Positions 1-8,615 of a DNA stretch of 17,146 nt are shown here, in pieces. The translations under genes and the position numbers were made by a program. Source of the stretch: a bacterium (GTDB lineage Bacteria > Patescibacteriota > Patescibacteriia > UBA1558 > S5-K13). Each line of letters starts with the position of its first letter. Position 1 is the stretch's first letter. The stretch is taken from NCBI GenBank assembly GCA_029555085.1, contig JAKPTO010000028.1, forward strand, positions 1 through 17,146, written 5' to 3'. The notes under the pieces were generated by a model. The model made no database searches, had not been told where the DNA came from, and worked only from the letters and a program-made list of their open reading frames with translations.

Positions 1-64
1 GTATGTTATTTTGATAAAGGCTCCAACAAATCCTTATTTTTGTGATAGAATCATATTGTGACAT
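1..64 (-). mobile_element. 5' fragment of a probable IS transposase, truncated by the window start
   Basis: The minus-strand ATG at 64 opens MSQYDSITKIRICWSLYQNNI and runs off the window. From memory this resembles HTH N-termini of CPR integrase-core transposases. The start sits inside a long inverted repeat (57-120). Only 21 codons are visible. Confidence 0.45.
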
Positions 65-120
65 AGATTTTGATATTTAATTGTTATATGCATATCAATT
101 ATATCATTTTCTATGTCGCA
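57..120. repeat. Long imperfect inverted repeat, possible IS end
   Basis: TGTGACATAGATTTTGATA (57-75) pairs imperfectly with TATCATTTTCTATGTCGCA (102-120). Inner arms are TAATTG/CAATTA around a central palindrome ATATGCATAT (86-95). Confidence 0.75.
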
Positions 121-206
121 TATTTATTTAGAATAGTACGGTATTTATAAAAAATTTTAATATTGATATACTAAATACATACTTTTATATTATTAAATAT
201 TTTTAT

Positions 207-1397
207 ATGGAAAAACAAATAAACATAGATGAGCTTCTAACTCGCGGAGTTCAAGACATAATAGGAAAAGAGGATTTAGAAAAAAAATTAAAATCCGGTG
301 AAAAAATGAAAATTTATATTGGCGCTGATCCTAGTAGACCAGATATCCATTTGGGTCACGCAGTCGCTCTTAGAAAATTAAAAAAATTTCAAGAATTAGG
401 CCACAAAATAATTTTTCTTATTGGGGATTTTACCGCGCAAATTGGTGATCCAACGGGTCGTGATGAAGCAAGAAAACAATTATCAATTTCCGAGGTGAAG
501 AAAAACGCAAAAACCTATCAAGAGCAAATTTCAAAAGTTTTAGATTTTAAGCATTCCAATAAGCCAGAAATTAAATATAATTCCACATGGAATAAAAAAT
601 TAAGATTTCAGGATTTAATAGAGCTGTCTTCAAATTTTACAGTTCAACAATTTTTAGAGCGCGACATGTACCAGAAAAGATTAAAAGAAGGAAAACCAAT
701 TTCACTTCATGAATTTTTTTATCCACTTATTCAGGCTTATGATAGTGTAGTTATGGATGTTGATATGGAAGTTGGTGGAAATGACCAGTTGTTTAATATG
801 TTATGCGGAAGAACGCTAATGCAAAAATTAAAAAACAGAAATAAAATTGTGATGACTTTTGAAATACTTGAAGGACTTGATGGGAGAAAGATGTCAAAAT
901 CATATGATAATTATATTGGAGTTAATGATGAGCCGAATAATATGTTTGGAAAAGTGATGTCTATTACGGATGATTTAATTATTAAGTATTTTACACTTTG
1001 CACTGATTTAGAAATGAGTGAAATTAAAGAATTAGAAGAAAAAATGAAGCAAGGTGAAAATCCAAGAAATTTAAAAGCGCGATTAGCTTATGAAATTGTG
1101 AGTATTTACCATGGAGAAAATAAAGCAAAATTATCGCAAGAAGAATTTGATAATGTTTTCAAAAATAAAGAAAAGCCAACTAATATAGAAAAAGTTTCTT
1201 TAAATAGTGATAAAAATATTGTTGATTTATTATCAGAGTTTAAACTTGTTTCGTCAAAAACAGAGGCGCGTAAAATGATTGAGCAAAACGCAGTAAAAGT
1301 AAATGATGAGAAAATTTTTGATATGAATTTTATATTTAAGAGTGGTGAAAAATATATAATACAAGTTGGAAAAAGAAGATTTTTGGAGATTGAATAA
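207..1397 (+). CDS. tyrS: Tyrosine--tRNA ligase
   Basis: Class I motifs GADPSRPDIHLGH (HIGH-like) and KMSKS, plus IGDPTG, YPLIQAYD and GGNDQ. C-terminal S4-like domain (SKTEARKMIEQNAVKVN...QVGKRRF). Confidence 0.98.
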   Translation: MEKQINIDELLTRGVQDIIGKEDLEKKLKSGEKMKIYIGADPSRPDIHLGHAVALRKLKKFQELGHKIIFLIGDFTAQIGDPTGRDEARKQLSISEVKKNAKTYQEQISKVLDFKHSNKPEIKYNSTWNKKLRFQDLIELSSNFTVQQFLERDMYQKRLKEGKPISLHEFFYPLIQAYDSVVMDVDMEVGGNDQLFNMLCGRTLMQKLKNRNKIVMTFEILEGLDGRKMSKSYDNYIGVNDEPNNMFGKVMSITDDLIIKYFTLCTDLEMSEIKELEEKMKQGENPRNLKARLAYEIVSIYHGENKAKLSQEEFDNVFKNKEKPTNIEKVSLNSDKNIVDLLSEFKLVSSKTEARKMIEQNAVKVNDEKIFDMNFIFKSGEKYIIQVGKRRFLEIE

Positions 1398-1424
1398 TTT
1401 TTATTAATTATTTATAATAAGTTT

Positions 1425-1589
1425 ATGGATAAAAATACAAAGACAAAAATTTCAAAAATTCAGAAAATAAAAAATGATTATTTACATTCTTTGAATTCTG
1501 TTATAAAAGATGGAAATAAAAAAATAGAAGAAATAATTAAAAAAGACGATGAACAAAGAATTAAAGATATATTAAATAATTTAAAATAA
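1425..1589 (+). CDS. Small hypothetical helical protein (54 aa, absent from the ORF track)
   Basis: ATG 1425 to TAA 1589 gives MDKNTKTKISKIQKIKNDYLHSLNSVIKDGNKKIEEIIKKDDEQRIKDILNNLK. It fills the gap after tyrS, and the next ATG is 4 nt after its stop. Confidence 0.7.
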   Translation: MDKNTKTKISKIQKIKNDYLHSLNSVIKDGNKKIEEIIKKDDEQRIKDILNNLK

Positions 1590-1593
1590 TTTT

Positions 1594-2487
1594 ATGGAAC
1601 ACGATAACAAAAATGAACGCATAGCATCACAGGAATCAATAGAGGATTCAAATATTAGTGCTGATGAGGCTCTGCGACGAGCCCGTGAAGAAATTAGTGA
1701 AGCAAATAAAATAGCTTTAGAAAATATTAATTTCCTAGAAAGTAAATTTTCTGATAATAAAGAAATTAAAGATGTTGTAGAGGGATTAAGGAAGGAAATA
1801 GAGCGAATGACTCGAGCGGTTGGCGATAATATCGATTTTATAAATGATAAAGAAAACTTAAGCCATGGGTCGGAACGGGAAGGCGAGAAGTCAGAGCAGG
1901 AGGGTGAAGAGCCATTACCACAGGAAATTATAAATCAGATTAATAATGAACAGGGCCTTATAGAATTATATGAGAAAGACATGGAGAGAAATAATAAATT
2001 TATTGATAAACATCAAATAGCATTAGAGGAGTTGAAAGATTATTTGGATTTGTTAGTAAGTAGGTCTAATTTTGCTAGTGATGTTGGGGGTTTTGAGTGG
2101 AAACTCGTTGAACCTACGGCAGAATATCAAGCAATTAGTAGAGAACAGGAACAGCATGAACAAATGCTATATTCTCAGGGTAAGTCATTTAATGAGGTTT
2201 ATGATGACCAAGATATTAGAGGATATAGAGAAAAATTAAGTAAAATAGAAGAGAGTAATAGCGAGATGGGAAAATTACTTCGCGCTTCTCACGGAAACGA
2301 AGAAATTGTATTAAAATCCATATCTGGCGCAATCGAAGTTGGTGGCGCAATGAAATTAGAGGATGCGTTTAATAAAGCTATAGAGTTTTATACAAAAGAA
2401 AATGAAAAAATACAAAATAATATTGTGAAGTATCAAAAAAACATCGAAGAATTAAAAAATTATAACAAAAACAAAGTAGAACAATAA
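1594..2487 (+). CDS. Hypothetical acidic coiled-coil protein
   Basis: 297-aa ORF rich in E, K and N with heptad-like stretches and no recognised motif. It is followed by a terminator. Confidence 0.75.
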   Translation: MEHDNKNERIASQESIEDSNISADEALRRAREEISEANKIALENINFLESKFSDNKEIKDVVEGLRKEIERMTRAVGDNIDFINDKENLSHGSEREGEKSEQEGEEPLPQEIINQINNEQGLIELYEKDMERNNKFIDKHQIALEELKDYLDLLVSRSNFASDVGGFEWKLVEPTAEYQAISREQEQHEQMLYSQGKSFNEVYDDQDIRGYREKLSKIEESNSEMGKLLRASHGNEEIVLKSISGAIEVGGAMKLEDAFNKAIEFYTKENEKIQNNIVKYQKNIEELKNYNKNKVEQ

Positions 2488-2499
2488 GTATATTATTTT

Positions 2500-2538
2500 A
2501 ATAAAAATCGGAACTTTTAAGTTCTGGTTTTTATTTTT
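2500..2538 (+). terminator. Intrinsic terminator after the tyrS cluster
   Basis: AATAAAAATCGGAACT-TTTA-AGTTCTGGTTTTTATT hairpin with G-U pairs and a T-rich tail, just after stop 2487. Confidence 0.75.
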
Positions 2539-2697
2539 GAATTATAAGATTAGAATAATGTTAATATCTATTATAGAGAGTGTTTTTCAAATTTTCTATA
2601 TTTATAAATTAGAAATATAGAACATTCGCTTTGTGAATTTCGTAAATATTTGATAGGTGGGGGGCTAGATAAAAGGAAGTATTATAAATAAAATTAT

Positions 2698-2726
2698 TTG
2701 CCATGGAGTTTTTATTGTGGTATATT
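2698..2726 (+). promoter_or_regulatory. Sigma70-type promoter for the helicase
   Basis: TTGCCA (2698-2703), 17-bp spacer, TATATT (2721-2726) with extended -10 TG. Confidence 0.55.
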
Positions 2727-2795
2727 GTTTTCTTGATATAATTTTTACAGGTTTAATTTTTATTTAAATTAACAATTATATATTTGGAGGAAATA

Positions 2796-4649
2796 ATGTC
2801 TAAGAAAAAAATTGTGGATTCTCACGATCAATTAGATATTTTTAATGATCGTACATTTGAGGTTGTGGATAATAAACACACCAAAAGAACTCCCGAAGAG
2901 GACTCTCAAAAAAAATTAATTGCATTAATTGGTTATCTGGGTTTTAGCCCAGAAATAGTAAAAGAAGAATGGAGGGATGTTTTTTATCTCCTTGACAATG
3001 GGTATATAAAAAACAGGTCTATCGAAGCACGGCCTTATGCTTTAGATATTGCATATGCATGTATAAAGTCAAATTCAATTGTTTGTCTTAATACTGGGCT
3101 GGGGAAAACTTATATAGAGCTTATAATTTCTATTCATTTTTTGAAGTATAAAAATGTTAGAAAAAAAGTTTTAATATTGTCCCCTTCAAAACCCTTGTGC
3201 CTTCAACATAGAGACAAGAGTAGAGAAATTTTACCAAATCACAGCGCTGAAGTATTAATTGGAGACATTCCAAGAAATAAACGCGAAAAGATTTGGCAAG
3301 AGAATAAAATAATTATAGCCACGCCTCAAACAATAATGAGTGAAATAAACAATGGGAGCGTCGTGGGGAGACCAGAAGATATTCAACTGGTCATATTTGA
3401 TGAAGTGCATCAAATGACAGGAAAATATGATTATACGAAGTTAGTTACTTTGTATAGAAATTCTGGTCAAAATATGCGCATATTGGGATTTACTGCATCT
3501 TTGGATTCTGATCAATCCAAACTCGAAGAATTAAAAAAGTTTTTTGGGGTAAGTGATGCAGGAGTTATAAGTCGTACAGAAAAAAGTCCAGATGTCGCTC
3601 CATATGTTTATGAAAGAGAGGTTTTTAGGGTTATTGTAGAAAGACAAGCGTGTAATTTTTGGGAATACCTGAGAAGAACTATAAAGGATGAGTTTTTATC
3701 CCTCCTGGATTCCTTAAAAAAGAAGTTGACCCATGTTCAATCTGAAAAGTATAATTTTTTAGATCTCTTAGAGTGTTCTCTATATAAAGATCAAAATGGA
3801 TATATCAACAGAATTAATGTAAAAGAATTCAATAAGCTAATGATGGCTCTTAAGTCGGTTCGGGAAAAAAATATTGATAATCCCGGCTGGTATCTTTCAA
3901 TGAAAGATTGGGGCCTCATAATGCTTTTCAATACTTGTTTGGTCATGATTGATATGGGAATTCACGAGTTAAGATGCTTCCTAGAGAGAAAGTTTTATGA
4001 AAAATTGAAACAAAAACCATCTCAGAGCGCATTTAATTCAAATTCAGCAATTGTTAAATGTAGAAAGGCTTTTTGTAAAGAGAATTTATGGACTCACGAG
4101 GTGTCATCATTAAAGTATGATCCAAAAAAATCGAAATACAATTGGCGTCTTGTTTACGAGGACGCAAAGCTACAAAAACTAGATTCTATTGTAAGAAGGA
4201 ATTTAGCAAAGCAAATCATGGTATTCGTTTCTTACAGGGATACAGTGAATAAGGTCGTGGAATATCTCAGGACAAGTTTTCCGGAAAAGAAAGTAGAAAG
4301 GTTTATTGGCCAATCCAATAAGATAAAAGACGCTGGAATGTCACAAAAAAACCAGGAAGATATTTTAACAAAATATAGAAACGGAGATGTAGATATTTTA
4401 GTCTCCACTTCTATAGGAGAACAAGGATTGAATTTTTCTTCTTTAGATGTTGTTGTTTTTTACGAACCAATTACTGATATAAGAAGAGTGATTCAGAGAA
4501 TGGGTAGAACAGCTAGATTTAGAAATGGCGCGGTGTATGTTCTCGCATATAAAGGCGAAGAAGAGCTTTTTTTAAACATAGCCTTCTCTAAACATGCAAA
4601 GGTGCAAAAAATAACAGGTTTTTATGAAAAAAATTGGGGTCGTTTTTAG
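2796..4649 (+). CDS. SF2 DExH helicase, Hef/FANCM/Mph1-like, without an ERCC4 nuclease domain
   Basis: Motifs: NTGLGKT (I), SPSKPLCLQH (Ia), IATPQT (Ib), DEVH (II), TAS (III), VFVSYRDT (IV), FIGQS..GMSQKNQ (Hef/FANCM-typical), STSIGEQGL (V), FYEP..IQRMGRTAR (VI). Start moved from TTG 2784 to ATG 2796 because GGAGG lies at 2786-2790. Confidence 0.88.
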   Translation: MSKKKIVDSHDQLDIFNDRTFEVVDNKHTKRTPEEDSQKKLIALIGYLGFSPEIVKEEWRDVFYLLDNGYIKNRSIEARPYALDIAYACIKSNSIVCLNTGLGKTYIELIISIHFLKYKNVRKKVLILSPSKPLCLQHRDKSREILPNHSAEVLIGDIPRNKREKIWQENKIIIATPQTIMSEINNGSVVGRPEDIQLVIFDEVHQMTGKYDYTKLVTLYRNSGQNMRILGFTASLDSDQSKLEELKKFFGVSDAGVISRTEKSPDVAPYVYEREVFRVIVERQACNFWEYLRRTIKDEFLSLLDSLKKKLTHVQSEKYNFLDLLECSLYKDQNGYINRINVKEFNKLMMALKSVREKNIDNPGWYLSMKDWGLIMLFNTCLVMIDMGIHELRCFLERKFYEKLKQKPSQSAFNSNSAIVKCRKAFCKENLWTHEVSSLKYDPKKSKYNWRLVYEDAKLQKLDSIVRRNLAKQIMVFVSYRDTVNKVVEYLRTSFPEKKVERFIGQSNKIKDAGMSQKNQEDILTKYRNGDVDILVSTSIGEQGLNFSSLDVVVFYEPITDIRRVIQRMGRTARFRNGAVYVLAYKGEEELFLNIAFSKHAKVQKITGFYEKNWGRF

Positions 4650-4662
4650 AACGACCCTTTTC
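4636..4662 (+). terminator. Intrinsic terminator overlapping the helicase stop
   Basis: GGGTCGTT-TTTAG-AACGACCC followed by TTTT. Confidence 0.8.
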
Positions 4663-4665
4663 TAT

Positions 4666-4693
4666 TTGATATTTATTAATTATGTTGTATAAT
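4666..4693 (+). promoter_or_regulatory. Sigma70-type promoter for Hsp20
   Basis: TTGATA (4666-4671), 16-bp spacer, TATAAT (4688-4693). Confidence 0.5.
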
Positions 4694-4747
4694 TTATTTA
4701 TAATTATGAACAAAATCCCCACATAGATTTGGGGTAAAAACAAAAAT

Positions 4748-5221
4748 ATGGGAAATAAAAAATCATTTGGATTATTTAAAAAATCTGAACCAGTAAAACA
4801 AAAAAGCGCTACAAGTAGACAGGATAAAATAAAAACAGAAGAACCGATTAGAAATACATTGCCAAAAAATTGGATTGAAGAAGAAGAGGAAGAAGGAGAA
4901 TTATTAGTAGATGTTTATCAGGAAGGTAATAACATTGTAATAAGATCAACGGTTGCCGGAGTGCGTCCAGAAGATATTGATATCGATATTAATAATGATA
5001 TGATAACCATAAGAGGCAAGAGAAAAGATTCTTCAGCAACAGAAGATGGCGATTATTTTTATAGGGAGTGTTATTGGGGAAGTTTTTCTAGATCAATTAT
5101 ACTTCCATGTGAGATACAAGCAAACAAAGTAAAAGCAGCTTTAAAAGATGGAGTTTTGACAGTGGTTTTGCCAAAGAGTTTGAAGGATAAATCCGTTAAA
5201 ATAAATGTTGAGAGAAAATAA
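4748..5221 (+). CDS. Hsp20/alpha-crystallin small heat-shock protein
   Basis: VDVYQ...VAGVRPEDIDI...TIRGKR...ECYWGSFSRSIILP...A.LKDGVLTVVLPK and a C-terminal IxV motif (INV). Confidence 0.95.
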   Translation: MGNKKSFGLFKKSEPVKQKSATSRQDKIKTEEPIRNTLPKNWIEEEEEEGELLVDVYQEGNNIVIRSTVAGVRPEDIDIDINNDMITIRGKRKDSSATEDGDYFYRECYWGSFSRSIILPCEIQANKVKAALKDGVLTVVLPKSLKDKSVKINVERK

Positions 5222-5238
5222 TTTGGAATTATGTTTTG

Positions 5239-5276
5239 ATTAAATGCTTTCTCAATGGGAGGCATTTAATTTTTTT
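5239..5276 (+). terminator. Intrinsic terminator after Hsp20
   Basis: ATTAAATGCTTTCT-CAAT-GGGAGGCATTTAAT 14-bp stem with G-U pairs, followed by a T run. Confidence 0.75.
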
Positions 5277-5284
5277 AAGAAAAT

Positions 5285-7123
5285 ATGGAAGAAAATGTTA
5301 AAAATTTAAAAAGAATATTTCTAAAATCAACAATTATTTTTTTTATAATTGTTTTTTTTATAATTATTTTGTTTCTTGTGTATAATGCTGTTTTTGCGCA
5401 AAGAGTTTATTTAGGTGTTTATGTTAGTAATAAGCATGTTGGGGGCATGACATATTCAGAGCTTTATAATTATATTTCCGACAAAATAAAACAATTTGAT
5501 TTAAATGGGATTAATTACAAATACGATAATTTTGTTTACAATATAAAACCAAACAGTGAGGAGATTGGTGACAGCGGATATAGATTGATATATTTTGAGC
5601 CAGATAAAACTTCAAAATTGGCTTATAGTTTTGGAAGAGAATCAAATTCTTTCAAAAATTTTTTAAATAAATTTTTGATCCTAATTTATCCAAAAAAAAT
5701 TCAACTTAACTATGATTTTAATAAAGAAAAATGGCAAGAAATTTTACGAGAGAAATTTAAGCAATTTGAAACAGATTTTGTATATCCAAAAGTTGGTTTT
5801 AGTGGTGATGATATTGTAATTTCAAAACCACAAGACGGAAAATTTTTTGACTATGAAAAAATAATTAGAATCACAGATAAAAAAATTAGTAATTTAGATA
5901 CTAGTGATGTTAATTTAGAGATTGAAATTAGTAAATGCCCAGTTTCAATAGATGAAGCAAACGCACAAAAAGAGCTAATAAATCAAATAATAAATTTAGG
6001 AGAAATTTCTTTAAAATTTGAAGATAAATCATGGAACATTAAATCAGATATTTATAAAAATTGGTTATTGGTAAAACAAGAAGATAAAAAAATTGTTATA
6101 GGGTTTGATTTTGATGATTATAAAAAATATTTAGAGGAAAACATTTCTAGGGAAATTAATATAGAAGTTCAGGATGCAAAATTTTCTATGAAGGGCGGAA
6201 AGGTGAATGAATTTATTGGAAGTCGAGATGGGCGAGAAGTTGATGTAGAAAAGACATTAGAAAATCTTGAAAGCAATATAAATGATTTAGTAAAAGAAAC
6301 ATTAGTTGTTGTTAATGTAACAAAGTCCGATATTTCTACAAACGATATAAATGATTTAGGAATAAAAGAAATTATTGGAACCGGTGAATCAGATTTTAAA
6401 GGAAGTTCAAAAAATAGAGTTCATAATATAAAAGTTGGCGCAGATAAATTAAATGGAATTTTAATTAAACCAGGAGAAGAATTTTATACAATAAAAAATT
6501 TATTACCAATTGATAAAGAAGGGGGATATTTATCAGAATTTGTTATAAAAGGAAACAGAACCGTTCTTGAATATGGCGGTGGGCTTTGTCAGATTGGAAC
6601 GACAATGTTTAGGGCAGCAATTCAATCAGGACTTAAAATTACCCAAAGAAGGCCACATTCTTATAGAGTTGTGTATTATGAGCCAGCTGGAATGGATGCA
6701 ACAATTTATGACCCAATGCCAGATTTAAGGTTTATAAATGATACTGATAATTATATTTTGATTCAAAGTAGAATAGAGGGAACAAAACTTTATTTTGATT
6801 TCTGGGGAACAAATGATGGAAGAGTTATAAATATTTCTAAGCCAGTTATTTATAATATAGTAAAACCCGGTCCAACAAAAATGATTGAAACTACGGATTT
6901 AAAACCCGGTGAAAAAAAATGTATAGAGTCAGCACATAATGGAGCTGATACATATTTTGATTATAGTGTTTTATACAAAGATGGAACAAAACACGAAGAA
7001 AGGTTTTCGTCTCATTATGTTCCATGGCGAGCGGTTTGTTTAATTGGCGCAACTGTTTCTAGTTCTAGCGCTACTGGAGAGATTGAAAATATAACAAGTT
7101 CTACAAGTTCAACAAGTGAATAA
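5285..7123 (+). CDS. VanW family protein with N-terminal TM anchor, probable PG_binding_4 regions and a G5-like tail
   Basis: N-terminal hydrophobic helix and GVYVSNKHVGGMT. VanW core: NRVHNI...LNGILIKPGEEF...YGGGLCQIGTTMFRAA...RRPHS...GMDATIY..DLRFINDT. Confidence 0.92.
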   Translation: MEENVKNLKRIFLKSTIIFFIIVFFIIILFLVYNAVFAQRVYLGVYVSNKHVGGMTYSELYNYISDKIKQFDLNGINYKYDNFVYNIKPNSEEIGDSGYRLIYFEPDKTSKLAYSFGRESNSFKNFLNKFLILIYPKKIQLNYDFNKEKWQEILREKFKQFETDFVYPKVGFSGDDIVISKPQDGKFFDYEKIIRITDKKISNLDTSDVNLEIEISKCPVSIDEANAQKELINQIINLGEISLKFEDKSWNIKSDIYKNWLLVKQEDKKIVIGFDFDDYKKYLEENISREINIEVQDAKFSMKGGKVNEFIGSRDGREVDVEKTLENLESNINDLVKETLVVVNVTKSDISTNDINDLGIKEIIGTGESDFKGSSKNRVHNIKVGADKLNGILIKPGEEFYTIKNLLPIDKEGGYLSEFVIKGNRTVLEYGGGLCQIGTTMFRAAIQSGLKITQRRPHSYRVVYYEPAGMDATIYDPMPDLRFINDTDNYILIQSRIEGTKLYFDFWGTNDGRVINISKPVIYNIVKPGPTKMIETTDLKPGEKKCIESAHNGADTYFDYSVLYKDGTKHEERFSSHYVPWRAVCLIGATVSSSSATGEIENITSSTSSTSE

Positions 7124-7128
7124 ATATT

Positions 7129-7617
7129 TTAAAGTATTTTGAGTCCAATATTTTTTGTTTCTGTATCTAAAATTGCAAAAGTGCTTTTGTTAAACATCCC
7201 AGCTAGAGTTCCGGGATTTATTAGTTTTGTATTATTTATGTTTTCTTCCCATGGTTCATGCGTATGTCCATAAAAAACAATATCAAATATATTTTTTTGT
7301 GCTAATTCTTTTGCTAAATTTGGGAAATGGCAGAATCCTATATTAAAATTATTTATTTTTAATTCCCCGATTTTTTCAAAAACAAAAACATTGTCAAAAT
7401 TGATATGTTTTTTTTCAAGTCCATGCATTTCATCAACATTTCCCAAGGATAGATAAATTTTTCCGTTAAAGTTTTTTGATAAGTGTTTTAATGTTTCAAG
7501 ATTTGTTACATCTCCGCAGTGAATTATTGTATTAATATTTTTTTCATTTAAAAAAGACAACATTTGGTCAATGCGTATAATGTTGTCATGTGTATCAGAA
7601 ATAATACCTATATACAT
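7129..7617 (-). CDS. YfcE/MJ0936-family metallophosphoesterase
   Basis: Calcineurin-like motifs ISDTHDN, HCGD, GNVD, GHTH and NPG. Confidence 0.93.
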   Translation of the reverse strand: MYIGIISDTHDNIIRIDQMLSFLNEKNINTIIHCGDVTNLETLKHLSKNFNGKIYLSLGNVDEMHGLEKKHINFDNVFVFEKIGELKINNFNIGFCHFPNLAKELAQKNIFDIVFYGHTHEPWEENINNTKLINPGTLAGMFNKSTFAILDTETKNIGLKIL

Positions 7618-7620
7618 ATA

Positions 7621-8604
7621 CTATTCTCCAAACCATTTTTGATATAGAAAATTAAAAAATCCATCTTCTTTCATTTTCATTATCTGAGCATCTATTTCTC
7701 CTCTTAATCCACTTTGTGGATTTATAGCTATTGCGTATTGTTGATTTTCTTCTATTCTTCTTGATATTTTAAACATGCTTTTATCTTTTATAAAATGAAG
7801 TATTGCTAATTCATCATATAAAACAGCATCTACATAAGCATTTTTTAATTTTTTAAAAGCCTTTTCTATTTTTAAATAAGAAATAGTTTTTATATTTTCT
7901 AATTTTAGTAGCCTTTCACTAGTTGAAGCGCGTTCAGTTGCAATTTTTTTACTACGAAGATCATCTATTGATTGAGGATCGAAATCTTTTTCTTTACGAA
8001 ATAATAAAATAAGAGATTTGATTATGTAAATTATAGATATTATAAACGCTAGCACAATTATTGCTCCGAATAATATTCGATCCTTTTTTTGGTATGGAGA
8101 TATATCATAAAAAGATAAATGATAAGCTGAATAATACAAATATTTAATAGATTCAATAATTCCATTTAAATAATTTGTGGATACAAATCCATAATTTTTT
8201 TTAGAGAACCATATAAAATTTGATATTGCGAATATAAACAAGGCAAAGAACAAAATTATTTTCAAGCACTCCTTTAAAATATTATTTTTTATAATGTCGA
8301 TAGTTTTTATTTTATTTTTTTTCCTTGAGAGTATTAATAATCCGCAACTCAAATAAGCTGTAGAAAAATCAAGATATTTTTCTCTTTCCGGATTTATTGT
8401 AATTCCAGATAGAGCCACTTCACAATTACCATTTTTTACACTATTCATGAGATCATTAAATGGCATTCTTACATATTTATATTGTATGTTGGCTCTTTTT
8501 ACTATTTCTTCCCATAAATCAATTTCAAATCCAGAATAACCATATTGATTTTTAGTCACAAATGGGCTAAGCAAAGATATTCCTACTTTTATTATCTTGT
8601 CCAT
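7621..8604 (-). CDS. GluR0-like protein: split amino-acid-binding domain (SBP family 3) around TM-pore-TM
   Basis: S1 half (GFEIDLW...ALSGITINPEREKYLDFS), TM1, pore-like segment, TM2, then S2 half (SIDDLRSKKI...DAVLYD...YAIA...MKEDG.FN.LYQKWFG). Start taken as ATG 8604 because the TTG at 8634 lies inside a palindromic repeat. Confidence 0.85.
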   Translation of the reverse strand: MDKIIKVGISLLSPFVTKNQYGYSGFEIDLWEEIVKRANIQYKYVRMPFNDLMNSVKNGNCEVALSGITINPEREKYLDFSTAYLSCGLLILSRKKNKIKTIDIIKNNILKECLKIILFFALFIFAISNFIWFSKKNYGFVSTNYLNGIIESIKYLYYSAYHLSFYDISPYQKKDRILFGAIIVLAFIISIIYIIKSLILLFRKEKDFDPQSIDDLRSKKIATERASTSERLLKLENIKTISYLKIEKAFKKLKNAYVDAVLYDELAILHFIKDKSMFKISRRIEENQQYAIAINPQSGLRGEIDAQIMKMKEDGFFNFLYQKWFGE

Positions 8605-8615
8605 ATAATTAATTT

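Noticed and set aside
5071-5265. 64-aa minus-strand ORF
   Set aside because: Antisense shadow of Hsp20.
5285-7123. Vancomycin-resistance locus
   Set aside because: VanW domains are widespread envelope proteins; no vanHAX or vanRS genes are present.
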